Of a DNA stretch of 64,000 bases, positions 29,545-39,331 are shown piece after piece (position 1 is the first letter of the stretch; each line of letters starts with the position of its first letter). The notes below the pieces were generated by a model. It ran no database searches. It had not been told where the DNA came from and saw only the letters and a program-made list of their open reading frames with translations. The position numbers and the translations under genes were made by a program. This stretch comes from an uncultured Desulfarculus sp. (GTDB lineage Bacteria > Desulfobacterota > Desulfarculia > Desulfarculales > Desulfarculaceae): assembly GCA_963665125.2 (NCBI GenBank), contig CAXXUK010000001.1, positions 1,408,001 through 1,472,000 on the forward strand, in the 5' to 3' direction.

Positions 29545-30693
29545 GTGTTGGACAGCAGCCTTAATTTTGAACAAGGGCCCATCCGCCCACCCTCGGAAGC
29601 CAAAAGCCTGCTTTTGCGTTTCTCCCGCAATTGCCCCTGGAACAAATGCAAGTTCTGCCCCGTGTACAAGGGAACCAAATTCAGCCGCCGCGGGCTGGAC
29701 GAAATCAAGGCCGACATTGACACGGCAGCCGAGATGCGGCGTCAGATCATAGCCCTTTCCCATGAAATGGGCCAGGGAGGGGCAATAAACGATGCGGTTG
29801 TCAATGCGGTCTTCAGCGCCCGTCCTCTCACCGACGCCTTCCGCAATGTCGCGGCCTGGCTCTACTATGGTACGGGCAATGTTTTTTTGCAGGACGCCAA
29901 CAACCTGATCATCGACCCGAAAACCCTGGCCGCGGCCCTGCGCTATCTGCGCCAGGAGTTGCCCGAGGCCCAGCGTGTCACCACCTATGCCCGCAGTTCC
30001 AGCGCGGCCCGGCGTAGCGTGGAGGAACTGACCATGCTCAAGCAGGCGGGTCTGGACCGGGTGCACGTGGGTATGGAAAGCGGCTGCGACGAGGTGCTGG
30101 AATTCATGAAAAAAGGCACCACCCAGGCCCAGCAGATCAAGGCGGGTCAAAACATCAAGGCGTCCGGCCTGGAACTCAGCGAATACGTCATGCCCGGTCT
30201 GGGCGGTAAAAAATGGAGCCGCAAACACGCCCTGGACACGGCCCATGCCCTTAATCAGATCAACCCGGATTTTATCAGGCTGCGCAGCCTGCGGGTGCCG
30301 CCGGGCCTGCAACTCCACGATGATCTGGTCAACGGCCGTTTCGAAAAAATAACCGAAGACGAGATGGCCGCCGAGATCCGCCTGTTCATCGAGCATCTCC
30401 GGGGCATCACCAGCACCGTGACCAGCGACCACATCATGAACCTCATCGAAACAGTCAGCGGATTCCTGCCCGACGACCAGCAGCACATGCTCGACAAGAT
30501 CGATTCATATTTGAACATGGGCGATGAAGACCGGCTGATCTACCGCATCTGCCGCCGCATGGGGCGCTGCCGCGAACCCCAGGACATCGACCGCTACGGC
30601 ATGCGGCCGGAGTTGGAAAAGATCCTGCGCAAGATCAAAACCATGGGCGATCCGGATCAGGTTCTGAACGATATAGCCGACGGCATGATCTAG
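29545..30693 (+). CDS. Radical SAM protein
   Basis: GPIRPPSEA, CPWNKCKFC, GMESG, SDHIMN. Confidence 0.9.
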   Translation: MLDSSLNFEQGPIRPPSEAKSLLLRFSRNCPWNKCKFCPVYKGTKFSRRGLDEIKADIDTAAEMRRQIIALSHEMGQGGAINDAVVNAVFSARPLTDAFRNVAAWLYYGTGNVFLQDANNLIIDPKTLAAALRYLRQELPEAQRVTTYARSSSAARRSVEELTMLKQAGLDRVHVGMESGCDEVLEFMKKGTTQAQQIKAGQNIKASGLELSEYVMPGLGGKKWSRKHALDTAHALNQINPDFIRLRSLRVPPGLQLHDDLVNGRFEKITEDEMAAEIRLFIEHLRGITSTVTSDHIMNLIETVSGFLPDDQQHMLDKIDSYLNMGDEDRLIYRICRRMGRCREPQDIDRYGMRPELEKILRKIKTMGDPDQVLNDIADGMI

Positions 30694-30697
30694 CCTG

Positions 30698-31360
30698 TCA
30701 GGCGGTGGGTGCCGCCAGCATGCCCAGGGCAAAGGCGATCAGAAACTGCGCCGTGTAGTACAGCGGCAGGCCGATGGCCCGATTGTAGAACTCCTGCCGG
30801 TCAAAGCGCTGCCTGGCCACGAAGAAATCCGACAAGGCGAAGAGCACCGCGCCCGTCAGCAGCATTGATGCGGCCTTAGGCGGAACCTGGCCGCTGTTCC
30901 ACACGGCCCACGCGCCGTCGATCATCACAATTATCACGGCGATGTAGGCGGCCACTGGTATACGCATCTCGCCTGCCTTGGGCAGGAACCAGAACAAGAG
31001 CCCGCCCGCTGCCACCACCAAGACGATCAGGCCCGTGGGGTCGAACCAGGCGCCGAGCTTGCTCAAAAATATGAAAGCCACCAGATAAGAGACATGGCCC
31101 AACAGGAAAGCAGCCAAGCCCGCTATGAAGGGTTTGGCCCCGTTGAGGGCCAGGCAGACATCACCAACCAGCCCTAAAATCAACCCGCTCAAAATCAGGT
31201 AATATACCGCGCCCGATCCCGGCTGAAGCCAGGCCACGGCCACGAACACGCACGACAACAGCGTCTTGGAAACCAGCCTGACAATGAAGTTGTCTTTATC
31301 GTCCGCCCAGAGCAGGGCTGTCAAAAAGAATGCGGCGGGAACCAATAGCAATATGTCCAT
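30698..31360 (-). CDS. Lysoplasmalogenase (YhhN family)
   Basis: GLVGDVCL, AFLLGHVSY, LFALSD, LYYTAQFLIA. Confidence 0.88.
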   Translation of the reverse strand: MDILLLVPAAFFLTALLWADDKDNFIVRLVSKTLLSCVFVAVAWLQPGSGAVYYLILSGLILGLVGDVCLALNGAKPFIAGLAAFLLGHVSYLVAFIFLSKLGAWFDPTGLIVLVVAAGGLLFWFLPKAGEMRIPVAAYIAVIIVMIDGAWAVWNSGQVPPKAASMLLTGAVLFALSDFFVARQRFDRQEFYNRAIGLPLYYTAQFLIAFALGMLAAPTA

Positions 31361-31383
31361 GTCTTTTTCCTTTGTTTGGTATT

Positions 31384-32115
31384 TCAGGCATAGATCCAAA
31401 GCAGCATTGCCGAAGCCACCAGAAGAACATCAGCCACTAGACGATATTTTTGCATGCTTATGCGTCCGGCGGCAAGCCCGCCCAAGACCATGCCCAAAAT
31501 CACGGCCGGGGTGTGCCAAGACGAATGCCACAGGCCCTGCATGGTCAACAGACCGGCCCAGGCATACATGACCAATACGACCAGATCCAAAAAGGTAAAG
31601 TAAGCCCCGAGCATGCCCTTGGCCTCCTGGGGATTCGTGGCGGTGGACATGCTGAAAACCACGGCGGGCGGCCCGCCGGTGGTGTAGGCCCCGCTGAACC
31701 AGCCGCTGATCAGCCCCATCAAAACGCCCCACCAGGTTGATTTGGCCCAGGCGCCGCTGATCCGGCGTCCGGCCTGGAAACGGTTATTGGCCACGGCCAG
31801 GATGATAAAGCCGGCCAGGGTCCTTTTCATGACCACGGAGGGCAACTGGGTCAGCGACATCAGGCCCAACGGCTGGGAAACAGCCGCGCCGATGATCAGG
31901 GGAGTCAATATACGCCATTGAAAGCTGGCCCGGAAACGCCAGGCATTGAAAACCACCAGGGCCAGGGAAAAGGGAAACTGCAGGGCCACGGCCTCCTGGA
32001 TGGGCATGACCATGGCCAGCAGCGGAACGGACAACAGCCCGAAACCGAATCCGGCCACGTTGAAAACCACCGCGCTGAGACCCAATACGGCGGAGATGTA
32101 GAGTTCCGTGAGCAT
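31384..32115 (-). CDS. TauE/SafE sulfite-exporter family membrane protein
   Basis: AGFGFGLLSVP and GAYTTGGPP repeats; 8 TMs. Confidence 0.85.
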   Translation of the reverse strand: MLTELYISAVLGLSAVVFNVAGFGFGLLSVPLLAMVMPIQEAVALQFPFSLALVVFNAWRFRASFQWRILTPLIIGAAVSQPLGLMSLTQLPSVVMKRTLAGFIILAVANNRFQAGRRISGAWAKSTWWGVLMGLISGWFSGAYTTGGPPAVVFSMSTATNPQEAKGMLGAYFTFLDLVVLVMYAWAGLLTMQGLWHSSWHTPAVILGMVLGGLAAGRISMQKYRLVADVLLVASAMLLWIYA

Positions 32116-32287
32116 GCCGACAAGCCCTCTCCCTTCAACAGGACCCATTCTACAGCATACTGCCCGCTATGGCGGCAAAGAGCCAACCTTGCGATTGATA
32201 ATGCGCTTTTGCTAAGATCACCTATCGCGGTTCAATGATGATGCCCCGCCATGACCGCGCCCCGCACCCACTTCCAAGGAGGCTCAC

Positions 32288-33628
32288 GTGACACGGCAGG
32301 ATTTCCGGCAGAAAAGCTTTTGGCTCTCCACCCGGGACTACACGCCCGGCCAACCTTTGCGCGGCGACATCAAGGTGGACGTGGCCATTATCGGCGGCGG
32401 CTTCACAGGCCTTTCCACGGCCTATCATTTAAAAAAACTGCAACCGGGCTTGAAGATTGCCTTGGTTGAAAGCCAGGTGATCGGCTACGGCGCTTCGGGC
32501 CGCAACGGCGGCTTCAACATGACCCTGTTCGGCATGACTCTCAGCACCACGGCCCTGCGCTTCGGCCGGGAAAAGACCCGCCAGGCCCATTTCTACATGG
32601 AGCGGGCCGTTGACACGCTGCGCGACCTGGTGGCCGAACTGGGCCTGGACTGCGACTACGAACACCCGGGATTCCTGCGGGTGGCCACCTCGGAAAAATA
32701 TAAAAACCGGATAATGCATGAGGTGGAATTGGCCCACAAGCTTGGCCTCGACGGCATTGACTGGATCGACGCCGGGAAGCTCGCCGCACAGGTGCGCAGC
32801 CCGCAGTACCTGGGCGCCTGGCGGGAGCCGCGATGCGGCATCCTCAACCCGGCCAAGCTGGCCTGGAGTTGGCGGGACATTATCGCCGGCCAGGGCGTGG
32901 AGATATACGAAAACACCCCCGTGCAAGGCATCGCCCGGAGCGGCGCCGGAATCAGCCTGCGCACAACCGAAGGCACAGTCAGCGCCGCCAAGGCCGTGCT
33001 GGCCACGAACGCCTGGTCCCACTTTTTCCCCGAACTCAAGCGCAAGCAGGTGCCCATCTGGACCTACATCGCCCTGACCGAGCCGTTGTCACAAGAACAA
33101 TTCGAGCAAATCAGCTGGCAAAACCGCCAGGGCATTGAGGACGCCCGCAACCTGGTCCATTACTACCGGCTGACCGCCGACAACCGTCTGCTCATGGGCG
33201 GCCGGGACGTGGGCTTCACCCGGGGCTGGAACATGGACAACGACCTGGACGAAGCCACCTTCCTGGGTCTGGAAAAAGACACCCGCGAGACCTTCCCGGC
33301 CCTGCGGGACATCAAATTCACCCATCACTGGGGCGGGCCTGTTTCCGTGCCGCTGGACATGGCCCCGGCCCTGGGCTATGCCGGTGACCGGCGCCTGGTC
33401 TACAGCCTGGGCTGCGTGGGCCACGGCGTTAGCCTGACCCACCTCAACGGCGTGACCATCGCGGACCTGGTCATGGAGCGCAAGACCGACCTCACGGACG
33501 TGTTTTTCGTCAACCGCCGAACCATTCCCTGGCCCCAGGGCGCCGTGCAGGAATTGGCCAAAAAGGCCATCGCCGGGATCATGCGCGGCCAAGACCGCCG
33601 CTGGGACCCACCCAGGGCTGGGATATGA
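32288..33628 (+). CDS. FAD-dependent oxidoreductase (PuuB/DAO-like)
   Basis: IIGGGFTGLSTA, GASGRNGG, HHWGG, GCVGHGV. Confidence 0.9.
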   Translation: MTRQDFRQKSFWLSTRDYTPGQPLRGDIKVDVAIIGGGFTGLSTAYHLKKLQPGLKIALVESQVIGYGASGRNGGFNMTLFGMTLSTTALRFGREKTRQAHFYMERAVDTLRDLVAELGLDCDYEHPGFLRVATSEKYKNRIMHEVELAHKLGLDGIDWIDAGKLAAQVRSPQYLGAWREPRCGILNPAKLAWSWRDIIAGQGVEIYENTPVQGIARSGAGISLRTTEGTVSAAKAVLATNAWSHFFPELKRKQVPIWTYIALTEPLSQEQFEQISWQNRQGIEDARNLVHYYRLTADNRLLMGGRDVGFTRGWNMDNDLDEATFLGLEKDTRETFPALRDIKFTHHWGGPVSVPLDMAPALGYAGDRRLVYSLGCVGHGVSLTHLNGVTIADLVMERKTDLTDVFFVNRRTIPWPQGAVQELAKKAIAGIMRGQDRRWDPPRAGI

Positions 33629-33765
33629 CGTTTGGGATGAGTTTCCCGTTAATTGTTGACAATGCTAACATTCTAAGCAATAACCTTTTTCAACTCTTAT
33701 TCAGGCCATTCGGCAAACCAACAACATACTTTGTCTAATGCATTGGCAATTCAGGGAGGCCCCAA

Positions 33766-34152
33766 ATGAAAAGGATCATCGCTCTATCTATTTGTCTTCT
33801 GGTTTTCGGCCTCATCGGGTGCAGCAGCGGCGGCGGCAGCGGTAGCAGCAGTGATTCGATTTCCGGCACCACCAGCGCCGATTTCGTGGGCACCTGGTCC
33901 ATGGTCAGTTCCGAAGGCGAATCCTGTTCCGGCTGCGTGCTGATGACCTTCAACGCCGATGGAACAGGCTCGGTTAATGACGTGAAGGGCTATTTCACCG
34001 GCGTTCCGGGCACCATCATTCAGGGCACGTGGAGTTATGCCGGCGGCTACCTGACCATCACCAGCGATGACGAAACATATTACGAAAGCGACCCGGCCTC
34101 CATTGACGGCAACATCCTCACCTATGGGGTGAACGTCTATCAGCGGCAGTAA
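33766..34152 (+). CDS. Lipoprotein with lipocalin-like beta domain
   Basis: GGAGG SD; lipobox LIGC; Gly/Ser linker; VGTW...TFNADGT...GTWSY. Confidence 0.75.
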   Translation: MKRIIALSICLLVFGLIGCSSGGGSGSSSDSISGTTSADFVGTWSMVSSEGESCSGCVLMTFNADGTGSVNDVKGYFTGVPGTIIQGTWSYAGGYLTITSDDETYYESDPASIDGNILTYGVNVYQRQ

Positions 34153-34175
34153 GGCGGCCGACCAAGAAGCAAAGG

Positions 34176-34205
34176 GCAGCGCTCCGAACGGGGCGCTGCT
34201 TTTTT
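34176..34205 (+). terminator. Rho-independent terminator
   Basis: GCAGCGCTCC-GAAC-GGGGCGCTGC followed by a T run. Confidence 0.85.
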
Positions 34206-34311
34206 ATTGATTCACAAAGGAAAAAGCATCTATGCTTTTTATCAAGAAAGCGCGGGATAGCAATGGACATATCCATATACCATAGAGGGGGGCCTTGAAC
34301 GGATATAATTC

Positions 34312-35016
34312 ATGCCTTTCAGCCGGAAAGTAAAGAAAAAAGTCCTTTTATGGTGTGCGCGTCACTGCTGTCTATGTGGAGAACCCGCAGGAGTTCATAT
34401 AGAGATTGCACACCTTGACAACAACAATAAGAATAATGACATAGATAATGCAATGCCACTTTGCTATCGTTGTCACGCTGCAATTGGCCATTACAACGAA
34501 AACCATCCTAGGGGAAACAAGTATAACATTGATGAGCTAAAAGCTCGTCGTAATCAAGTCTATGATCAACAAACAAGCCAATTATTATCTCCTGTAATTC
34601 CAGTTGTTAATGGTTCGGGTGCATCTCTTCCCGACGTTAGCTTTCGCATATCACATACCGGAAGTACATATCCTTTAGAAGCCAACGTTACAGTTCAACT
34701 TTTCCGCGGCAAACAAATTTTATTTACAGTAGATTCCGATCACTACAATGGCAAAGCAACATGGCTTTTAAATCCAGGCACCACTTACAGTGGCCATTTC
34801 TATCTTCAAGAAGATATTAGCGAATTAAAAGGCAGGCAAGCCCTGGCTGTAAAAATTACGTTATTGTTATTTGATATATACGGTTACAAGCACGAACCAC
34901 ACCCTACAATATACGTTCTTAGTGGTGATTTCAGAAAAGGACCTAAAAATAACGGGCATTGGTATCTTGAACCATCTTTAGAAGTAGCCCAGAATACAAA
35001 ATTCCCAGCAAATTAA
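34312..35016 (+). CDS. HNH-type endonuclease domain protein (low GC)
   Basis: CCLC...EIAH...DNAMPLCYRCH zinc-finger HNH pattern; AT-rich codons. Confidence 0.75.
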   Translation: MPFSRKVKKKVLLWCARHCCLCGEPAGVHIEIAHLDNNNKNNDIDNAMPLCYRCHAAIGHYNENHPRGNKYNIDELKARRNQVYDQQTSQLLSPVIPVVNGSGASLPDVSFRISHTGSTYPLEANVTVQLFRGKQILFTVDSDHYNGKATWLLNPGTTYSGHFYLQEDISELKGRQALAVKITLLLFDIYGYKHEPHPTIYVLSGDFRKGPKNNGHWYLEPSLEVAQNTKFPAN

Positions 35017-35041
35017 GCAGAAGCCACCAGGTTTGGATTCC

Positions 35042-35686
35042 CTACCCGGCCAACTGCCTGGCCTGCTCCTTGAGCCGGGCCACAATGGTCTTGACCACCG
35101 ACATGGCGTCGTCGTGGATCTGCTGGATATTGCGGCTGTTGTACAGGGTCACCGCCGCGTGCATGGTGAACCAAAGCTCCATGGTCTCGATGCGGTACTC
35201 CTCGCTTCCCTGGGGCCGGGTCCGGCCCTCAAGCTCGTAGCGCACCCTGTCGGCCAGGCGCAGCACCCGCTTGGCCGATTCAATCTCCTGCCAGGCGGCC
35301 TCTTCGGCGTCGGTGCCGATATAGTCGGTATAGCGCGGGGTGTTGCCGTTGAGCATGGCGTCGTACAGGGGCCCGTTGTTGTGGCCAAATTCCATGTAGG
35401 CGTCGATCATGCCTTCCATGCGCTCGACAGGATCGTCGGTGCGCTTGTAGGCCTCGTCGAACATGGCCTCCAGCACGTGAAACCCGCTGGACTGCAAGGC
35501 CAGGAAAAGCTCGTCCTTGCTGCTGTAATAGTTGTAGATATTGGCCGCGGTCATGCCCAGGCGGGAGGCCAATTTACGCATACTTAGCCCGTTGAAGCCC
35601 TCGTTGCTTAGTATCTCCAGGGCGGTATGAAGGATACGCTGCCGCACCGCTTCGATGTCTTCTGGCTTGCGCATGGCTTTGGGCAT
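35042..35686 (-). CDS. TetR/AcrR family regulator
   Basis: GFNGLSMRKLASRLGMTAANIYNYYSSKDEL. Confidence 0.93.
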   Translation of the reverse strand: MPKAMRKPEDIEAVRQRILHTALEILSNEGFNGLSMRKLASRLGMTAANIYNYYSSKDELFLALQSSGFHVLEAMFDEAYKRTDDPVERMEGMIDAYMEFGHNNGPLYDAMLNGNTPRYTDYIGTDAEEAAWQEIESAKRVLRLADRVRYELEGRTRPQGSEEYRIETMELWFTMHAAVTLYNSRNIQQIHDDAMSVVKTIVARLKEQARQLAG

Positions 35687-35706
35687 GATTTATTCCTATA
35701 AATATA

Positions 35707-35729
35707 AACACTGTTATTTTAACAGCGTT
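35707..35729. promoter_or_regulatory. Putative TetR operator palindrome
   Basis: AACACTGTTA-TTT-TAACAGCGTT just upstream of the tetR start. Confidence 0.55.
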
Positions 35730-35920
35730 CAAAAGCATTATCCATAAAATAGCCGCATGATTGCTCAAACAGCTATGCAGCAGCATACCGCCATTCCGGG
35801 CAAATGGCCAGTTTATATGCCTATCAAGACATACAACCAAGTTTGACTGGTGGTCCGGCTTTGGGTATATTGCTGAACTGGTTTGTATACACATCCGTTT
35901 GATGGACCAAGGAGACAACA

Positions 35921-36886
35921 ATGCGCGTCCTGTCCGGTATCCAGCCTTCCGGAACGCTTCACATCGGCAATTATTTCGCCATGATGAAGCGGATGATCGA
36001 ATTTCAGGAGCAGCACACCCTGTTCTGCTTCATTGTCGATTACCACGCCCTAACCACCGTTGACGACCCGGCCAAACTGCGTCAGGGAACCATCAACGCG
36101 GCCATGGACTTTCTGGCCCTGGGTCTGGACCCGGAAAAATGCTACTTTTGGGTGCAGTCAGCCATACCGGAGGTCTGTGAACTCACCTGGATTTTGTTTC
36201 AGCAAACGGCAGTCGGCCTGTTGGAAAGAGCCCATTCCTACAAAGACAAGCTTGCCAAGGGCTTCCAGCCTCACGCGGGCCTGTTCAACTATCCGGTGCT
36301 CATGGCCGCCGATATTCTGATGTTCCAAGCCGAGGCCGTGCCCGTAGGCAAGGATCAGAAACAGCACCTGGAAATGACCCGGGACATCGCCATCAAATTC
36401 AACAACAGATACGGCGACGTGCTCACCGTACCCGAGCCCTGGATCGATGACGACACTGCAACGGTGCCCGGAATCGACGGCCAGAAGATGTCCAAAAGCT
36501 ACGACAACACCCTGGAAATCTTCCTGCCCGAAAAGCAGCTCAAGAAAAAAGTGATGCGCATCGTCACCGACTCCACGCCCGTGGAAGACCCCAAAGACCC
36601 GGACAAGTGCAATGTCTATAAAATCATCAGCCTGTTCATGGATGAATCCGAGAAAAAAGCACTGGCCGAGCGTTACCGCGCCGGCGGCCTGGGCTACGGC
36701 GAGGTAAAGAAAGAGCTCTTCGCCCGTATGTGGGAATACTTCGCGCCCTTCCGCGAAAAGCGCGCCCAGTTCGAAGCCGACCCCGGCCAGGTCCACGAAA
36801 TTATGGCCAAGGGCGCGGCCAAAACCCGCGAAATCGCCTTGCAGACCATTGCCAAAGTCCGCGACGTCGTGGGGTTGGGTTGGTGA
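35921..36886 (+). CDS. trpS: Tryptophan--tRNA ligase
   Basis: SGIQPSG, HIGN, YPVLMAADI, VPVGKDQ, KMSKS. Confidence 0.98.
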   Translation: MRVLSGIQPSGTLHIGNYFAMMKRMIEFQEQHTLFCFIVDYHALTTVDDPAKLRQGTINAAMDFLALGLDPEKCYFWVQSAIPEVCELTWILFQQTAVGLLERAHSYKDKLAKGFQPHAGLFNYPVLMAADILMFQAEAVPVGKDQKQHLEMTRDIAIKFNNRYGDVLTVPEPWIDDDTATVPGIDGQKMSKSYDNTLEIFLPEKQLKKKVMRIVTDSTPVEDPKDPDKCNVYKIISLFMDESEKKALAERYRAGGLGYGEVKKELFARMWEYFAPFREKRAQFEADPGQVHEIMAKGAAKTREIALQTIAKVRDVVGLGW

Positions 36887-36960
36887 TTTTCTTGCTCTGA
36901 CAAGGTGTTGGCTGCAATACCAACGGCAATTCAACCAACACTTAAAATTCGACATTGCCA

Positions 36961-37011
36961 AAATGCCGCGATGCCCACTCAGCCAACGTCTGGGTGGGCA
37001 TCGCGGCATTT
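36961..37011. repeat. 22-bp inverted repeat with 7-nt loop
   Basis: AAATGCCGCGATGCCCACTCAG / CTGGGTGGGCATCGCGGCATTT, one G-T mismatch. Confidence 0.85.
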
Positions 37012-37123
37012 GGTTTGTCTCTTCAGGCAATTGGTTCATATCGCCTCTGCCTTTGAGATCAAATAAGTTTAAATGCCGTACTTATTTCTTATATTTTTCC
37101 TTGCTTCGTAGGCGCCATTCAAC

Positions 37124-37153
37124 AAAAAACGCCCGCTCCATTTGGAACGGGCG
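37124..37153 (-). terminator. Rho-independent terminator of the acyl-CoA ligase gene
   Basis: CGCCCG stem followed by T6 on the minus strand. Confidence 0.75.
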
Positions 37154-37174
37154 CTGGCGAACCTTTAGAAAGGC

Positions 37175-39028
37175 TTATGATTTATACATACCCTCGATCA
37201 ACTCGGAGTAAGCCTTGTTTATGGCCTTGCGCTTGAGCTTCATGGTCGGGGTGACCTCGCCGTCCTCTTCCATGAGCTTTTTGGGAATCAAGGTGAACTT
37301 CTTGATCTGCTCCACTCTGGCCAGGGTCTTGTTGACCTCGTCCAATTCCTCCTGGATCAGCTTGACGATCTCCTTGCGCTGGGTCAGAGACTCGTAGGTG
37401 GTAAACGGAATCTTGTGGTCGGTTGCGTATTTGACCACGTTGTCCTCGTCAATGAAGATCAAGGCGCTCATGAACTTGCGCCGGTCGCCGATGGCCACGG
37501 CGTCGTTGATATACGGGCTGGCCTTGAGCTGGTTTTCGATGTTCTGCGGGGCGATGTTCTTGCCGCCTGCGGTGATGATCAGGTCCTTCTTGCGGTCGGT
37601 GATCTTCAGGAAGCCCCTGTCGTCGATTACGCCGACATCGCCGGAATAGAGCCAACCATCCTGAATGGTCTCGGCGGTGGCTTCTGGGTTCTTGTAGTAA
37701 CCCATGAACACGTTTCTGCCCTTGACCAGAATCTCGCCGTCTTCGGCTATCTTGATCTGCACACCGGGAATGGCCGGACCAACGCTGTCGGCTTCGATGA
37801 TGTCACCCTGGTGCATGGACGTGGGGCCCGTGTCCTCGGTCTGGCCGTAAATCTGGCGCAGGGGAATGCCGATGGCGTGGTAGAACTTGAGCACGTCGGC
37901 GCTGATGGGCGCGGCGCCGCTGATGGCGACCCTGATGCGCTCAAAGCCCAAGCGTTCCTTGAGTTTGCGGAACACCGCGAAATGGACGATGGAGTAGGCC
38001 AGTTTGAGCATGGGCGGCACGCCCTCGGGGCTCAGGCGGGCCTCGGCGCGTTTTTTGCCGATCTTCATTGCAAAACCGAAGACCATGCGCTTGAACCAGG
38101 AAGAGTCCTTCATCTTGATATAGATGCTGCTGGCGTATTTTTCCCAAATACGCGGCACGGCGAAAAATGCCGTGGGCGACACTTCGACAACGTTGTCGGT
38201 GACCGTATCAACGTTCTCGATGAAGTTGATGGTGTTCTTGAAGGTCAAGGGCATGAACGTTGTGAAGTTGCGTTCGGCAATGTGCGAAAGCGGCAAGAAA
38301 CTGATTGACTCGTCGTCATCATAGAACGGCTCGGCCGAGGCCATTGACCGGCCGGTCCACAACACGTTCTCATGGCTGAGCATGGCGCCCTTGGGCGGAC
38401 CGGTGGTGCCGCTGGTGTAGATGAGCAGGGCCAAATCGTCGGGCTTGCGGCAAGCCAGGCGGGCTTCATATACATCCGGGTTGTTTTTGTCGAACTCCTC
38501 GCCCAGCTTTATAAGCTCATCGAAGCTTATCACCATGGGGTCTTCAAAATGACGAAGGCCTTCGGTGTCCATTACCACGATTTTTTTAATGCTGGAGCAG
38601 TCTTCCCGGATCTCCAGGGCCTTATCCAACTGCTCTTCGTTTTCGACGATGTAGATTTTGGCCTCGGAGTGTTTGATGATGTAGGCGCATTCCTCGGAAG
38701 AGTTGGTGGTGTAGATACCCACGGAAACGCCCCCGGCCACCATGCAACCCAGGTCGGAAAAAATCCACTCGGGGCGGTTGTCACCGATGATGGCCACGAT
38801 ATCGGCTGGCTTGAGGCCCAAGGACACAAAGCCCATGGCCACCTTTCGAACTATCTGTCCGTAACTCTGCCAGGACACATCGTGCCACAGGCCGAACTTC
38901 TTATAGCGAAGCACGGTTCGTGAACCCAGTTCTTTGCACCTACGGTCAAAAAGCTGGGGGATGGTTTCGGTAATAGGCTGATCAATGGAATACTTTTCGC
39001 TTACGATCCTGTGCCTTTTACTTGCCAT
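37175..39028 (-). CDS. Long-chain fatty acid--CoA ligase (AMP-binding)
   Basis: YTSGTTGPPKG, YGQTE, SGDVG, DRKKDLI, TPTMKLKR. Confidence 0.93.
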   Translation of the reverse strand: MASKRHRIVSEKYSIDQPITETIPQLFDRRCKELGSRTVLRYKKFGLWHDVSWQSYGQIVRKVAMGFVSLGLKPADIVAIIGDNRPEWIFSDLGCMVAGGVSVGIYTTNSSEECAYIIKHSEAKIYIVENEEQLDKALEIREDCSSIKKIVVMDTEGLRHFEDPMVISFDELIKLGEEFDKNNPDVYEARLACRKPDDLALLIYTSGTTGPPKGAMLSHENVLWTGRSMASAEPFYDDDESISFLPLSHIAERNFTTFMPLTFKNTINFIENVDTVTDNVVEVSPTAFFAVPRIWEKYASSIYIKMKDSSWFKRMVFGFAMKIGKKRAEARLSPEGVPPMLKLAYSIVHFAVFRKLKERLGFERIRVAISGAAPISADVLKFYHAIGIPLRQIYGQTEDTGPTSMHQGDIIEADSVGPAIPGVQIKIAEDGEILVKGRNVFMGYYKNPEATAETIQDGWLYSGDVGVIDDRGFLKITDRKKDLIITAGGKNIAPQNIENQLKASPYINDAVAIGDRRKFMSALIFIDEDNVVKYATDHKIPFTTYESLTQRKEIVKLIQEELDEVNKTLARVEQIKKFTLIPKKLMEEDGEVTPTMKLKRKAINKAYSELIEGMYKS

Positions 39029-39285
39029 GCTGCCAACCCGTTTAAAAAAGTTATCAAATGAACGCAACGGCAACCCGCACCGGCTGCCGCTGCCGCTTTA
39101 CCTTGTCGTTTTATATGGAATTGCGAATCGTCCCTCAGACAGCGTCACTTGAGTTTTTTTCTCCCAGGCAAAGTTAAAGATTATTTTTTCGAGTATTTTT
39201 TTATTTTGCCTACACGCAAACGATCCGCATTGACATCTTACATAAATTTTATTCTCAAAATAAAGCCCCTAAATTGTGAAAATGC

Positions 39286-39310
39286 AAAAAAAATGGGGCC
39301 CGAAGGCCCC
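39286..39310 (-). terminator. Rho-independent terminator after the surA-like gene
   Basis: GGGGCC-TTCG-GGCCCC-A-T8 on the minus strand. Confidence 0.85.
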
Positions 39311-39331
39311 TGATGGTTATTTTCAAGTAAA

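Noticed and set aside
34460..34480. CYRCH as a c-type heme-binding site that could be the Ccs substrate
   Set aside because: It is part of the HNH zinc-finger in a protein with no signal peptide.
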